Shown here in pieces: positions 49,663 to 62,939 of a DNA stretch of 64,000 bases. The notes below the pieces were generated by a model. The model did no database searches. It saw only the letters and a list, made by a program, of their open reading frames with translations, and was not told the origin of the DNA. The stretch is from Octopus vulgaris. Taxonomy: Eukaryota. Position 1 is the first letter of the stretch. Each line of letters starts with the position of its first letter. The stretch covers positions 105,586,001 through 105,650,000 of the forward strand of contig OX597820.1 of assembly GCA_951406725.2 (NCBI GenBank), read 5' to 3'. The translations under genes were made by a program, and so were the position numbers.

Positions 49663-52600
49663 ATGAATACTGTTGGAAAAATGGAGAAAATATGGATTGA
49701 TTCATCACTGAAAGATATACCCATACCAACCAAGGACCATTACACCAAGGAACTAATATATAGGATTAATGAATTTATCCACAGGATTAGATGGAAAATC
49801 TACAACCATGAGAAAAATATCACAAAATTGAACTATGAAGATAAAAACGACCACAACTACACTAGAATAAGAAGTAATTATGAAGAAATAATTGAACTTA
49901 CTAGTAATTCTTTTAAATCAAGAAAAGCACCACCACCCAATAAATACTTGGATAACTTCGAGCAGGATTTATGGAGTACCATTAGGAATATTAAGTTCAA
50001 GAATCATCCACTAAGGAATAATCCATACCAAAGGAAATTGAAGGAAATTATCAGAACTCTTAAGAGTAAAGATAGTATCTTAACTCATTCGGATAAAACT
50101 AGTAATATATACAACATTGACACTCAGACTTACCATGAGTTATTACTCAGAGAAATTACAAAAAAATATAGGGTTGTACCTTTTGATACACTTAGAAAAT
50201 TGAATTTGGAAGCTAGAAATATTATGTATGATTATAATCTAGAAGATAAAACAGAGCCTTTTACTCCAATTAGACCACGAATAATGATTAAAGACCATAA
50301 AGATAATTTCCCTAATATTACTCAGGTTAGATTAATCTGTCCAAATAAATCGGACTTAGGTAAATTAAGTAAATTAATTCTGAATAAATACATACCTATT
50401 ATAAGAAATAAAATTAAGCTTAATTTATGGAAGAATACATAAGGTGCTTGGGAATGGTTTTCCAGTATTAAGGTTTATAACAGTATTAACCATAAATTAA
50501 TCCAATTTGATATCCAAAATTATTACTCATCAATTAACCCAATAATACTTAACAAAGTTTTAATTTTTGTAAGAAAATATACTAATATTAGCATGAAAGA
50601 AATTAAGGTAATTTTGATGGCAAGAAAAACAGTTATAGAATTCGATAATAAATTATGGGCTAGGAAGGATATGCCTGACTTATTTGACATTACAATGGGT
50701 TCGCCGGATTCAGCGGAAACGACTGATTTAGTAGGGATTTATTTATTAGATAATTTAAGTAGAGAATTCCCTGAATTAAATGGCGGCCTCTATAGAGACG
50801 ACGCTTTATTTTTAGTTAAGAACCTATCGAATAGAAGACTAGAAATACTCAAGAAACGATTGCATAAATTTTTTAAGAGTTTCGGCCTATCCATTACTAT
50901 TGAAAATGAGAATTATTCTATTAATTATCTCGATGTTAATTGTAACCTCAATACTGGACTCCATGAACCTTATGTGAAACAAAATTCTAGTAATCACCCT
51001 CCACAAATTAAAAAAGCACTACTACTAAACATAAGTAAAAGGATTTCTAACCTTTCCTTGAATGAAGAGATATTTAATAGACCCAGTGAAAAGTATAACT
51101 CAGCATTACATAGGGCAGGATATAATGTTAAAATAAAATATATCCCCAATAACAACCTTAATACTAAGAATAAATTAACAACTACAAATAAACATTGGTT
51201 AGACATGCATAACAATAATCCAAATAAAAAGAATAATCACAAATATAATATTAATATGAATAGAAATAATACTAATAATAGTGTAAACAGGATTAAAGAT
51301 CATATCATCATCATCATCATCATCATTTAACGTCCATTTTCCGTGCTAGCATGGGTTGGACGGTTTTACCGGGGTCTGGGAAGCCAGGAGGCTGCACCAG
51401 GCTCCAGTCTGATCTGGCAGTGTTTCTACAGCTGGATGCCCTTCCTAACGCCAACCACTCCGTGAGTGTAGTGGGTGCTTTTTACGTGCCACCAGCACAG
51501 GTGCCAGGGAAGGCTGCCAGCAGCCACGATCGGTTGGTGCTTTTTAGAAATAGTAAAGTTAATAAGAACTATGATAACAATAATAACTACAATAAAGCAT
51601 TTAGTCAAAATTATAATAATAACAATTTTACTGATTGTAGAAAGTACAGAAGAAATAATAAGAATAGGGAATTTATAAATAATATAGGTAAGTCGTGTAA
51701 TCAATATAACATTACTGATACACTGTGGTTAATAATTCCATATGCCATGCAAATTAAAACTAACGTAGTAAGAAATATTTTCAATTTAATAAACAAGCAT
51801 TTTGGAAAAGGAAAGAACAAATATTGTGACATAATTAATAATAAAACTATTAGAATAGGATACAGTCTTACTCATAATCTGGCCACCATCAATATCCTCA
51901 ATTAATAATAAAAAACTTGATTATTTCTATCTAAATAAAATAAATAATTTAGATAACACAAATGTGTCTTACTATAACTTAAGATATAATTATAACAATA
52001 TAAGTAATAGTAATCGAAATGGAAACTATAGTAATAGTAATACTATAACGAATAATAATAGAATGGATAATATTAATAGAATTAGTAATGATAACACCAT
52101 AGGTAATAATAATAATAACATAAAATATAACATAAATAAGAGCAATATTATCAATAATAACATGCCGATGGATATGGGAATAATAAGTGTTAATGATAAT
52201 AATATTAACAATAATAATATTGAAAATAATGCAGTAGAAATTAATCATAATAAAATAAAGCAACTACAACAAGCTAATAGGTGCAATTGTAGAATTAGAG
52301 AAAATTGTGTATTTAATAATGGCTGCATGAAAAGTACACAATATGATAATAGAGTCTATATTGGGACTACAATGAATAATTTGAAACAGAGACTTAATTA
52401 TCACAGAATATTTTAAAAAATAGAAATAGGAGTAACTCTACAGGGTTAAGTGCATATATATGGGAGCTTAAGAATAAAAAATTCAATTACAATTTGCAAT
52501 GGAAAATACTTATATCTGCACCAGCGTATAATAATAGGAATAGAAAATGCTCATTATGCATTAATGAGATTTTCTTTATAATTAGGACTAATTTACCGAT

Positions 52601-52685
52601 TATTAATAATCTTAAGGAATGGAATGTTTCATGTCTTCATAAATTGGGGTATACTTTCTCTAGATACAAACAATACTTAGTATAA
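49663..52685 (+). pseudogene. PLE reverse transcriptase / GIY-YIG endonuclease ORF (disrupted)
   Basis: SLKDIPIP…RIRWK, DKT, KDHKDNF…RLICPNKSDLGKLSK, FDIQNYYSSI, MGSPDSAE, YRDD, CNCRIRENC, VYIGTT…R--YH, CSLC…SCLHK. Premature TAA at 50440-42, an RTE insertion at 51304-51545 and later frameshifts. Confidence 0.9.
51304..51545 (-). mobile_element. RTE 3' UTR fragment inserted in the PLE ORF
   Basis: Matches 32487-32720; (CAT)n tail. Confidence 0.9.
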
Positions 52686-53472
52686 AATACCCTTTGAAAT
52701 AGATGCAAATAGTTATTATGAGCATTTTTACTTTATTATATTTAGGAGTAAGAAATTGTAATGGGTTATGGGCATATCATCTTTTGTATATGTATGTATA
52801 TGTGTGTAATATATGTATTTGTATATGAATATGTTTATATATTTATATATTTTTATATAAATGTTTATTTGTGTGTACATATTTGTACATTCTTTATATA
52901 CTTGTACTTGTTTGTAAATATATCTTTATATTTATGTATATCGATATATATTTACACTTGTTTTTTAGTATATAGTTATGCACAAAGTATGTGTCAATGT
53001 ACTAAACATATTGTGGTCACTATTGGATTTGTATATATGTAGATGCATATGTATATATATATGTGTTTATTTATTCATGTAGGTATATTTGTGTGCATGC
53101 ATGTGGTAGTTTTAAGTATTATTTTATGTTATCTTTCTTGTATATTAGATATTATGTACAGACTTCAGTACAGTTTTGTGTATGTGATGTTTGTACTGGT
53201 TTGTATGTATGTAGGGGTATATATGTGTATATATCTGTGTATGTATGTATGTATATATATATGTATATATATATATTAGGACTTAAACGACATGCAAAGG
53301 TACACGAAGCCTAGTTACAACTACAGCCGGCTATTACCAGTAAAGGTTTTAGTTGCCAATTCTGTACAAGACATTGTAGATCTTTAGCTGGGCTAAAAAG
53401 TCACATTCGATCACAGCACCAATAACAGTTAAGCTTCATGCAATGGCCATACTCGATAATGAGGAGGCAGCC

Positions 53473-53540
<68 letters not shown>

Positions 53541-53558
53541 TATATGTATATGTATATT

Positions 53559-53595
<37 letters not shown>

Positions 53596-53802
53596 TGACA
53601 TGTATGTGTATGCATGTAGTCTGGCTTATACTGGTATTGGTATTATGTTTTTACATATTTAAACTGTGATGTATAATTACTTGTGGGGTTATATATACAT
53701 GTGTATATATGTATATATTCCTTATATACTTGTATTTGTTTGTATATATATGAAGTTGTATAGGTGTTTTGGTATGCATTTACATCTATGTATATACTAT
53801 AT

Positions 53803-54662
53803 ATCATCATCATCATCATCATCATCATCGTTTAGCGTCCGCTTTCCATGCTAGCATGGGTTGGACGGTTCAACTGGGGTCTGGGAAGCCAGAAGGCTGC
53901 ACCAGGCCCAGTCTGATCTGGCAATGTTTCTACGACTGGATGCCCTTCCTAATGCCAACCACTCCGTGAGTGTAGTGGGTGCTTTTTATGTGCCACCAGC
54001 ACAGGTGCCAGATGGGGCTAGCAACGGCCACGATCGGATGGTGCTTTTTACGTGCCACCGGCATGGAGGCCTGTGGGGCAGCGCTGGCAACGGCCACGAT
54101 TGGATGGTTCGCTTACATGCCACTGGCACTGGTATCACAGCTGCAATTTCCATTGATGTTGATCGACTTCGATTTTGGTTCTGATTTCCACTTGCCTCAA
54201 CAGGTCTTCACAAGTGGAGTTTTGTGTCCCAAGAAGGAAAGGTATGCATAAGTTGACTGGCTACATCCCAGGTAGAGGCCATGGGTTATGGTCTCACTTG
54301 ATCTGCCGGGTCTTCTCACGCACAGCATGCTTCCATAGGTCTCAGTCTCTAGTCATTTCCTTGGTGAGACCTAAAGTTCGAAGGTCGTGCTTCACCACCT
54401 CGTCCCAGGTTTTTCTGGGTCTACCTCTTCCACAGGTTCCCTCAACCACTAGGGTGTGGTAGTTTTGCACACAACTATCTTCAGCCATTCTCGTCACATG
54501 ACCATACCAGCGCAAACGTCTCTCTTGCACACCACAACTGATGCTTCTTAGGTCCAACTTTTCTCTCAAGGTACTTACACTCTGTCGAGTATGAACACTG
54601 ACATTACACATCCATCGGAGCACACTGGCTTCATTTCTTGCGAGCTTACGCATATCCTCAGC
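53803..54662 (-). mobile_element. RTE LINE 3' fragment
   Basis: Near-identical to 32487-33370 (RLRWYGHV…GRGRPRKTW plus 3' UTR). TA-rich flanks. Confidence 0.92.
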
Positions 54663-54712
54663 ATATATATATATATATGTGTGTGTGTGTATACTATATA
54701 TATATATGTATA

Positions 54713-54791
<79 letters not shown>

Positions 54792-54904
54792 CATATATGT
54801 ATATGTATATACGTGTGTGATTGTGAAATATGTTTTAATTTCATTATATCAGAGATAAATTTTGATAAATCTGATAAAGTCAGTTTCTTGGATGCATTTT
54901 GACC

Positions 54905-56990
54905 ATAGTCCACGGGTCGTTGTTATGTTGTTAGTGTCTGTGGGGTAGGATGGGAACTAGTATCAGTGGAGTGAGTATTTTCCCTCCTTCTTCTTTTCCT
55001 TCTTGAGACCGTAGACCATTCAATTTCCGCCGCTTTTTCCACTTGTGCTCTTAGCTCCTCCGCATTCACCTTTTCTGTTTTCGCAGGAGGTGGAGGTGCG
55101 GTTACTTTTTCAGCTGGTGGGGCCACTGGTGCTATTAGATCGTCAAATATGATATTTGTAGTGAGGTACATGGTAAACTTTAACAGCTGCTCATTTTGCG
55201 CCATTATTATATTTTGACAATATTTTTTTGTTAGAAGGTTGACACATCTATTTCTTTATTCTAACTCATTTTGCGCTTTATAAAGTATTTATAAATCGTT
55301 TTTTGGCTATTTTTGTTTAGAGATGAATAAGTCGGAAATTCGTACAGTTTTGAAATATGAGTTCTTTCTTAGAAATACAGTATCACAGACAGTTCGGAAA
55401 ATTAATGGAGTATTTCATACTAATGTTATTACACAGCAGACAGTATCAATTTAGTTTTCAAAATTTCGTTCTGGTAACTTTGACCTCACAAATGCGCAAC
55501 GTGGTCGACCAGAAACAAAGGTGGATAATGACAAACTGAAAGCCACTGTCGAGTCAGATCCATCTCAAAGTGCCCGTGAATTGTCGTTGTTGTTAGGTGT
55601 TAGCAAGCAAACAATAGTAAAGTAAAAAAGTTGGATAAGTGGGTTCCACATAAACTCAATGAAAATCAGAAACAGCAACGTTTGGAAGCCTGCGTTATGC
55701 TACTTTCTCGTCACAAAATTGAATAATATTGAATCGAATTGTAACGTGTTGAGAAATGGATTCAATACAACAACCGTAAATGTTCGGTACAATGGTTGGA
55801 CAAAGACGAGTCACCAAAACACAGTCCAAAAAGCATAATTCATTAAAATAAGCTGATGGGGTGTGTTTGGTGGTCTGGCGCAGGTGTGATCCATTATGAT
55901 TTCATTAAACCTAGCTCATCAATCACGGCCGAAGTATACTGCAGACAACTGGACCAAATGATGCAGAAGCTTACAAAAACAAAAAAACATCCTAGATTAC
56001 TCAACAGATCAACTCCTATTTTATTGCAAGACAACGCCAGGCCACACATCGCAAAAATGACATTGGCGAAACTATGGGATTCGGAGTTGGCAGTTCTCCA
56101 TCATCCACCATACTCACCTAATCTTACCCCCACTGACTACCACTTCTTCCAGAATTTGGATAACTTTTTGATAGGAAAAAAATTTAATTCCGATGATGCT
56201 GTAAAACCCTAACCCTAACCTTAACCCTTCCAAGATTTTATTGACTCTAGATTGCCAGGCTTTTACAGATTTTGCAGGCTGGACAAGCTACCGCTGAAAT
56301 GGCAAAAGTGTATTGACAACATGGGTGCAAACTTTGATGAATAAAACTATTCCTGTATTTATAAAACATTAGCAAACTTTTTTCTTTTCTATAAATTTCA
56401 TACTTGACCTAATATTACAGGAGGCGGAGGACATTCTGCTCTTATGTGGCCTTTCTGGCCACACTTGAAGCAACGAGGCTTCCTGTCCTCCACTACAACT
56501 CTTAATCTTGCATCATTACCCACCGGGATGGTGTCCGCAATATTTCGGTGGAATTTCATTCACTCTTACCCTGGAAGCACGTCTTCCAAGGTAAGTTGGG
56601 AATAAAGCCACTTCAGGGAGGCCACGGAATGTTGCCTGGTCTTCTTTTCAGTTATAAACCGCACCTCTACCGTTGCATATTTCATTCTCCTGGCTAGATA
56701 CGTAATGTCGTGCCTATTGGGATTTAATCAACTTTCTACCTGTTCCTTTGAAACTACTTCTAATTTCTTTTATTTGATGTCAAAAGTTTAAAAAATAATC
56801 GTCTTTCTTTCTATACTACGTGTAACTTCGCTAGGAGGGGTCACTTTAACTTTTCATGCCCCTCCTTTTTCATTTGGTCTCTGTACTTCGCCAGCTCCCG
56901 CCTCTCGAAATTGACTTCTTCCTAGGAAACTCCAGCCACAGCTGCAAAATTTTTCAGATTTTTATCCATATTAATAGGTTCATAATTTAA
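54905..56990 (-). mobile_element. gag-like ORF1 remnant of a non-LTR element (probably L1/Tx1-like), split by mariner
   Basis: CCHC knuckle RKPRCFKCGQKGHIRAECP at ~56420-56480. It continues PPPVIAPVAPP… after the mariner is removed. Confidence 0.7.
55133..56414 (+). mobile_element. Full-length mariner transposon, mutated transposase
   Basis: TA at both ends, imperfect TIRs (ttagatcgtcaaatatgatattt / aaatttcatacttgacctaa), ~1.28 kb. Transposase from 55323: MNKSEIR…WVPH-L…QDNARPH…YSPNLTPTDYHFF. Confidence 0.9.
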
Positions 56991-57629
56991 AAAAAATTCT
57001 TTTTCATGCTTAGACAGTTCTTTTTCTATGTTTCTTACAAACCTTGGCACTTTGAAACACCATGTCCGAACTCAAGAAGTGAGAAATTTAGATTGCCAGG
57101 AACGCGGTTCAAGTTGATTCTTATACCCATAACCTCTACGAGATGCACGTGCATTTCGGTTTTCATGACATTTGTTTGCGACTGCCACTCACGGCATCAA
57201 CGCAGCTGCATTTTGGCGTCTCGTTTCAGGGGAAGTTGAAAGGTTACCTGCAATTTGGGTCTCAGTATAAACCAGCATCTCTTAGAATATTTACACTTAC
57301 ACCCGCGAAATAAATTTTCAGAATTTACTATATAAAAATGACATTTGAAAAAATCGCGTTTCTTTTGCGGTTCAGTGTACATACACACATACATACATAC
57401 ATACATACATACATACATACATACATACATACATACAGACAGTATATTATTTGCACCCAATTATTTAAGTTTCCCACTGCGAGGAAGATATCGTGCTTAG
57501 GTTAGTTAAGGTCGTTGCTATCATTAGGTTTGATTACACAATGGCTACACTTACGAGAATATTTGAGGGGAAAACGTTAAATGAATGTGAATGCTCCCCT
57601 CACCTGGAAAGGGTGGGAATATGGTATTT

Positions 57630-58400
57630 CAAAACCTAAGTTTCGTCCTTTGGATCGTCAGCAAATTAGTTCATTATAAAAATTAAAAACTTCATTAAAA
57701 ACGCGAAAAAGAATTTCATAGACATATTATGTTGTATCTAATTTAAGTTTTTGCTTTTATCTTTAGTATATGCGTTGTCATATTTGGTTGAGATGTATAA
57801 CTGTATTAATATCTGGTGGTCATGGTGCTTTGCTGATATACCCAAAAATTGAAGATATCTCAAAATGTAGAGGTGTGTGTTTTGCATGTGAAAATTTGGT
57901 ATGCAATTTTAGTATGCACACAGAAAGCTGATCTGGAAAATTGTAGTGTAGAAATCCCAGTGTAAGAGGTGTTTTCTAATTGGATAAAATAAATGCTACA
58001 GGTGCTTGAGGTGAATTCAACTTCGAGTACCACTGATTTTGACATTGCATACCTGATCTAACAGGCACCATTTTGCATTTTCTTTCAAGTATAATTTGGA
58101 ACACTCCATTAGGTGAGTCTACCTGAAATCATTTTCTTCACGTTGGGATCGCAGTTATAGCTAAACATAGGATACCTATTAAAGAACGTCAATATCTCTG
58201 GTTTCCAGGGAAATATTTATCTAGAAACTCCTCTTTTACACGTAAATTAATCCATTGCCAACTTTCGTTTTGTTGCTAAAAAAAAAAAAATAATGAAATA
58301 AAAAAACTACCCGAATTCATGCCAAATTGTAAAAGTATCATTTGGTTTCCTGTTTAATAATTAATTAGTGAATTGTTAAAAAGCTTTAAGAGACAGCTGC
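57630..58400 (-). mobile_element. Degraded PLE GIY-YIG remnant with weak hammerhead-like motif downstream
   Basis: ORF 57860-58045: FTSSTCSIYFIQ…YTGIST resembles GIY-YIG. Minus strand CTGACGA-TCCAAAGGAC-GAAAC-TTAG-GTT at ~57633-57661. Confidence 0.4.
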
Positions 58401-58478
58401 TTAATGTACTGACAATATACTGACTGGTTCATTTAATATGTTAGCTTCCGTTTACCTATATAGGCATATCGATTAACA

Positions 58479-58560
<82 letters not shown>

Positions 58561-58807
58561 GAGTGGCTTCTAGCCCTCAAACTCTATACTCCAATACTTA
58601 TGTATTCAAATATTCGTGATGGTGATCTTTTCTCTGTATGATGAACATCAAATTAACTCGAGTGCACTACGTCTTATAGAAGAAACAGGTGTATTACATT
58701 GATTACACAAGTACATTTATTTATCTTTGCACACACACACACACACATGTATGTATGTATGTATGTATGTATGTATGTATGTATGTATGTATGTATGTAT
58801 GTATGTA

Positions 58808-59358
58808 TGTCAGATCACTTTCGAGTGCTGGTAACATGTAACCCAGTACAACCTGTTGCACGGTCGGGTCGTTGGCGACTAAACCGGCAACCCCACCAAG
58901 CTTGCTTGGTGAGGAGGGTGTTTATTGGACACCCGGCAGGATGAAAAACAAAACCCGTCAAAGGGCGGAGGAACTCTTGAGAGTCAACGGCCATCCAATA
59001 AATGCCTTAAGGCTGTATCATGCGCGGAGACATAGAAATAATTGGACTGAATACCCGATCGCGCGGTTAAACCATTGGGAGTGAAGGACTCCTAGCCTTT
59101 GTTAGGGCATCCTTCTAGGAGAAGGTAACTCAGGTAACTGGGATAACTCCGACAAAAATCTGCGGCTCAGTGGTTACCGATGATGTTGAGTTGTTCTTCT
59201 TTTCAGATTATGGCTGCTGTTGCTTAGTGAGTGGGATTGACTCAGTGCACAGCCTTTCCTCACTTTAAAAAAAATCTTCTTGCACAGGCATTGCATGATA
59301 ACAACATTGATTAAGCTTCGTGCAATGGCCATACTCGATAACGCGGGGGCAGCCACCA
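58808..59358 (+). mobile_element. RTE-derived non-autonomous short element, copy 2
   Basis: Reverse complement of 44871-45425; flanked on both sides by (TATG)n. Confidence 0.8.
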
Positions 59359-59507
59359 TTTATGTATGTATGTATGTATGTATGTATGTATGTATGTATG
59401 TATGTATGTATGTATGTATGTATGTATGTATGTATGTATGTATGTATTATATGTAAACACGCATAAATGTATATAGATGTGTGTATATATATATGTATAT
59501 ACTATAT

Positions 59508-60076
59508 GTCAAAAACATTCAGAGTAAACCGTGTTCTACGTGAGCAATTCTACCAGTATTCGAAGTTTCAAACTGTTTAGTTAAAAAATAAATTAATTAC
59601 AGAATCTGTGATTGAGATGGAACAGATCCCGGATTTATGCCTGAATCAGAAACCATGTTAGAAATAGGTTTCATTTTAACAAGAATTAAATTGAAGCCAC
59701 ACAAGTATCTACCATTTATCCTTACACACAGCTTGTAGTATGAGCGATTAGTCAATCGTTAATATAAACGATATATAATCAATATAAACACATTGGCAGT
59801 CTGTGAATGAAACACGTTTGTTCTTAGGAACGGATTATTTGTACTGAATGTTGCTTTGTCACGTTATATGCAAGTTGATGACACATAGCAACAATGATGT
59901 ACTGAGTTCAAAATATCACACGGATATCCGTCTGTATGTTATATGTATGTCCGATTCCTGGATTCTTAACCAGGATTCGAAACCGAAACTAAATTTTACT
60001 ACGAGCTCCTTCCTATTACTCTCAGCATTTGTACCAAAAAACCTATGAGTCAACCGTCCCATTTATATGTGACAGT
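59508..60076 (+). repeat. Direct repeat, copy 1 (~570 bp)
   Basis: Near-identical to 61203-61771. Confidence 0.9.
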
Positions 60077-60452
60077 TGACTCTGTGATTGAGATGGAATA
60101 GATCCTAAATCCGATATGTTAAGGTAGGGAGTTTAGTTAGTTAGCTGATAGCATCGGCTCCAGCTCACGACTATTACTTTATTTTATCGACCACGAAAGG
60201 TGAAAGGCAAAGTTGTCATCAGCAGGATTTGAAACCAAAACATGAAGAGCTGGATCAAATACTGCAAAACATTCTTTTTCTTTTTCCAATGCACTAATGA
60301 TTCTGCCACCTCACTACCTTTATAATAATAATGGATTCAAATTTTAGTACAAGGCTAGCAATTTTGGAGGAGAGGGAAAGACAATTATATCTATCAAAGT
60401 GCTCAACTGGTACTTATTTAAGAGATGAGGAATTATGTACATTATTTACATT

Positions 60453-61200
60453 ATTTCGTATTTTAAGTTATTTCATGTTAAAGTTGTCGTATTTGGGTAA
60501 TTTCAACCAATCAACGACGTGTATTCGGTTGAATAAAGCTACTGCTGTTTACGATAGTAATCGAAGAGAAACAACTTCCGGGTCATCTCTACAAAATGTC
60601 ACCACTCTGTTCGAAGAATCAACACCATCGAAAAATCAACACCAAGAAGGAAGAATTGTTATTTACATATATTTATTCGTTGCCCGACATCGGTGTTCCA
60701 TCCACACATAAAGCGCGCCAGTGTTTAAAAGACTTATAGTGCAACGAATCCGCAGGTAGCTTTTTTGTTGTTGACGTATATGTTGTTTCAAAATGCCTTA
60801 TTTTACAATTGTGAAATGTATTGTTATTGTCATGATTTTATCTTACTATAATCAACAACAAACACATTTCGTCAATATAAAAGTCTTTATTAGATAAAAA
60901 AAAACATTATCAAAACAAATAGTAACTTATACACTGGGAATTACGGTAATTGTAGTAGCAGTGACAAGTTCGCTCGCTGGTTGCTATTTGATAGTGTAGA
61001 AGGGAGGGAAAGAGTAAGGAATGCACGGTGCTGACTAGAAGGGAAGAAAGGATAAAGGAGGCATCTTCTTCGCGCGCCATGCGAATAGAACAGACTTATG
61101 ACATTTAGTAGAGATGACCCGGAAGTTGTTTCTCTTCGATTACTATTGAAATTACTCAAATACGACAACTTTAACACAAAATAACTTAAAATACGAAATT
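60453..61200. mobile_element. Foldback/MITE-like element
   Basis: Arm atttcgtattttaagttattt…caacttccgggtcatctctac (~60453-60600) is inverted at ~61100-61200. Confidence 0.75.
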
Positions 61201-61202
61201 TT

Positions 61203-61771
61203 GTCAAAAACGTTCAGAGTAAACCGTGTTCTACGTGAGCAATTCTACCAGTATTCGAAGTTTCAAACTGTTTAGTTTTAAAAAATATAATTAGTGATTG
61301 AGATGGAACAGATCCCGGATTTATGCCTGAATCAGAAACCATGTTAGAAATAGGTTTCATTTTAACAAGAATTAAATTGAAGCCACACAATTTTCTACCA
61401 TTTATCCTTACACGCAGCTTGTAGTATGAGCGATTAGTCAATCGTTAATATAAACGATATATAGTCAATATAAACATATATAGTCATTGGCAGTCTGTGA
61501 ATGAAACACGTTTGTTCTTAGCAACGGATTATTTGTACTGAATGTTGCTTTGTCACGTTATATGCAAGTTGATGACACATAGCAACAATGATGTACTGAG
61601 TTCAAAATATCACACGGATATCCGTCTGTATGTTATATGTATGTCCGATTTCTGGATTCTTAACCAGGATTCGAAACCGAAACTAAATTTTACTACGAGC
61701 TCCTTCCTATTACTCTCAGCATTTGTACCAAAAAACCTATGAGTCAACCGTCCCATTTATATGTGACAGTT
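61203..61771 (+). repeat. Direct repeat, copy 2
   Basis: Near-identical to 59508-60076. Confidence 0.9.
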
Positions 61772-62121
61772 CTATTCTTTAACATTTGCGGTCACCAAAA
61801 GTTCGACCAAAAATCCTTTGTTTAGCCTGACCTAAACATGTATATACGGAATCCAAAATCGGTTTCTACCTCTTTCGCTTTTCCCCAGGCAAAAGGAGCG
61901 CTTCGCGTATGGCTTGTTTTCGCGGGACTATAGAACTTCCCTCTCTACTTGTCAACCCAGAGAAGTAAATTCTTTTACTTTTTCTCTCTCCTTCTTCCAT
62001 TCCTCTTCGAACAGTCAATCACAGATGAACTCAACAACCTACAGAATGGATAACGGAACTACAAATACTTTGTGTACAACAGCAACTCTTTGAAGTCGTA
62101 TCTTATATTACATTGTAACAA

Positions 62122-62354
62122 GGCGGCGAGCTGGCAGAATCGTTAGCACACCGGGAGAAATGCGTAGCCGTATTTCGTCTGCCGTTACATTCTGAGTTCA
62201 AATTCCACTAAGGTCGACTTTGCCTTTCATCCTTTCGGGGTCGATAAATTAAGTACCAGTTACGCACTTGTGTCGACACAATCGACTTAATCCGTTTGTC
62301 TGTCCTTGTTTGTCCCTTCTGTATTTAGCCCCTTGTGGGTAGTAAAGAAATATA
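62122..62354 (+). mobile_element. Meta-domain tRNA-SINE, full length
   Basis: tRNA-like head and Meta-like core ggtcgactttgcctttcatcctttcggggtcgataaattaagtaccagt. Perfect 15-bp TSD attacattgtaacaa at 62107-62121 and 62355-62369. Confidence 0.9.
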
Positions 62355-62544
62355 ATTACATTGTAACAATAAAATAAAGGCATATCTACTAATTAATTTT
62401 TCCTGTCATTTATATGGTATATAAAACATTACACACACACACACACGTATGTGTGTGTCTGTCTATGTACAGACAGACAGACAGACAGACAGATAGATAG
62501 ATAGATAGAACATATATATTACATACACACACGAACACACATTT

Positions 62545-62889
62545 TATGTAGGCAAGGGTTTGATATAACAAGTTTATTTCCCAATCATTTGGTTCCAAGT
62601 TCAATCCCAATGCGTGCGACTTTGGGCAAGTGCCTTCTACTATGACCCCGAGTTGACCAAATCCTTGTGAGTGGGTTTGATAGAAGGAAGCTTCTCGTCT
62701 GTACACCTGTTTCACTCTTTTGATTGCGGCCTTGCTAGGGCACCACCTTGAAAAGTTTTAATCGAACAAAGCGACCCTAGGACTTATTTTTTGAAACCTA
62801 GTACTAATTCTATCGCTCTCTATTGCAGAGTCACGAAGTTACGTGAATGTAAACACACCGTCACCGGTTGTCAAGCGGTGGTGGGGGAT

Positions 62890-62890
<1 letters not shown>
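62545..62890. mobile_element. Two degenerate SINE family B pieces in opposite orientation
   Basis: Head-like piece on + (~62545-62700) and tail-like piece on - (~62713-62890). Confidence 0.6.

Positions 62891-62939
<49 letters not shown>

Larger units (their letters stand above)
48925..53275 (+). mobile_element. Near full-length Penelope-like element (Naiad-type), inactivated
   Basis: 5' pLTR with hammerhead, an RT plus GIY-YIG ORF from 49663 to ~52685, and an AT-rich 3' region. Confidence 0.85.

Noticed and set aside
49663-52685. Selenocysteine recoding as reported for some Naiad elements
   Set aside because: The internal stop is TAA and the conserved cysteines use TGC/TGT; no SECIS recognised by eye.
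54923-55204. 93-aa proline-rich ORF as an independent gene
   Set aside because: Chimera of a mariner terminus and the gag-like ORF1 remnant.
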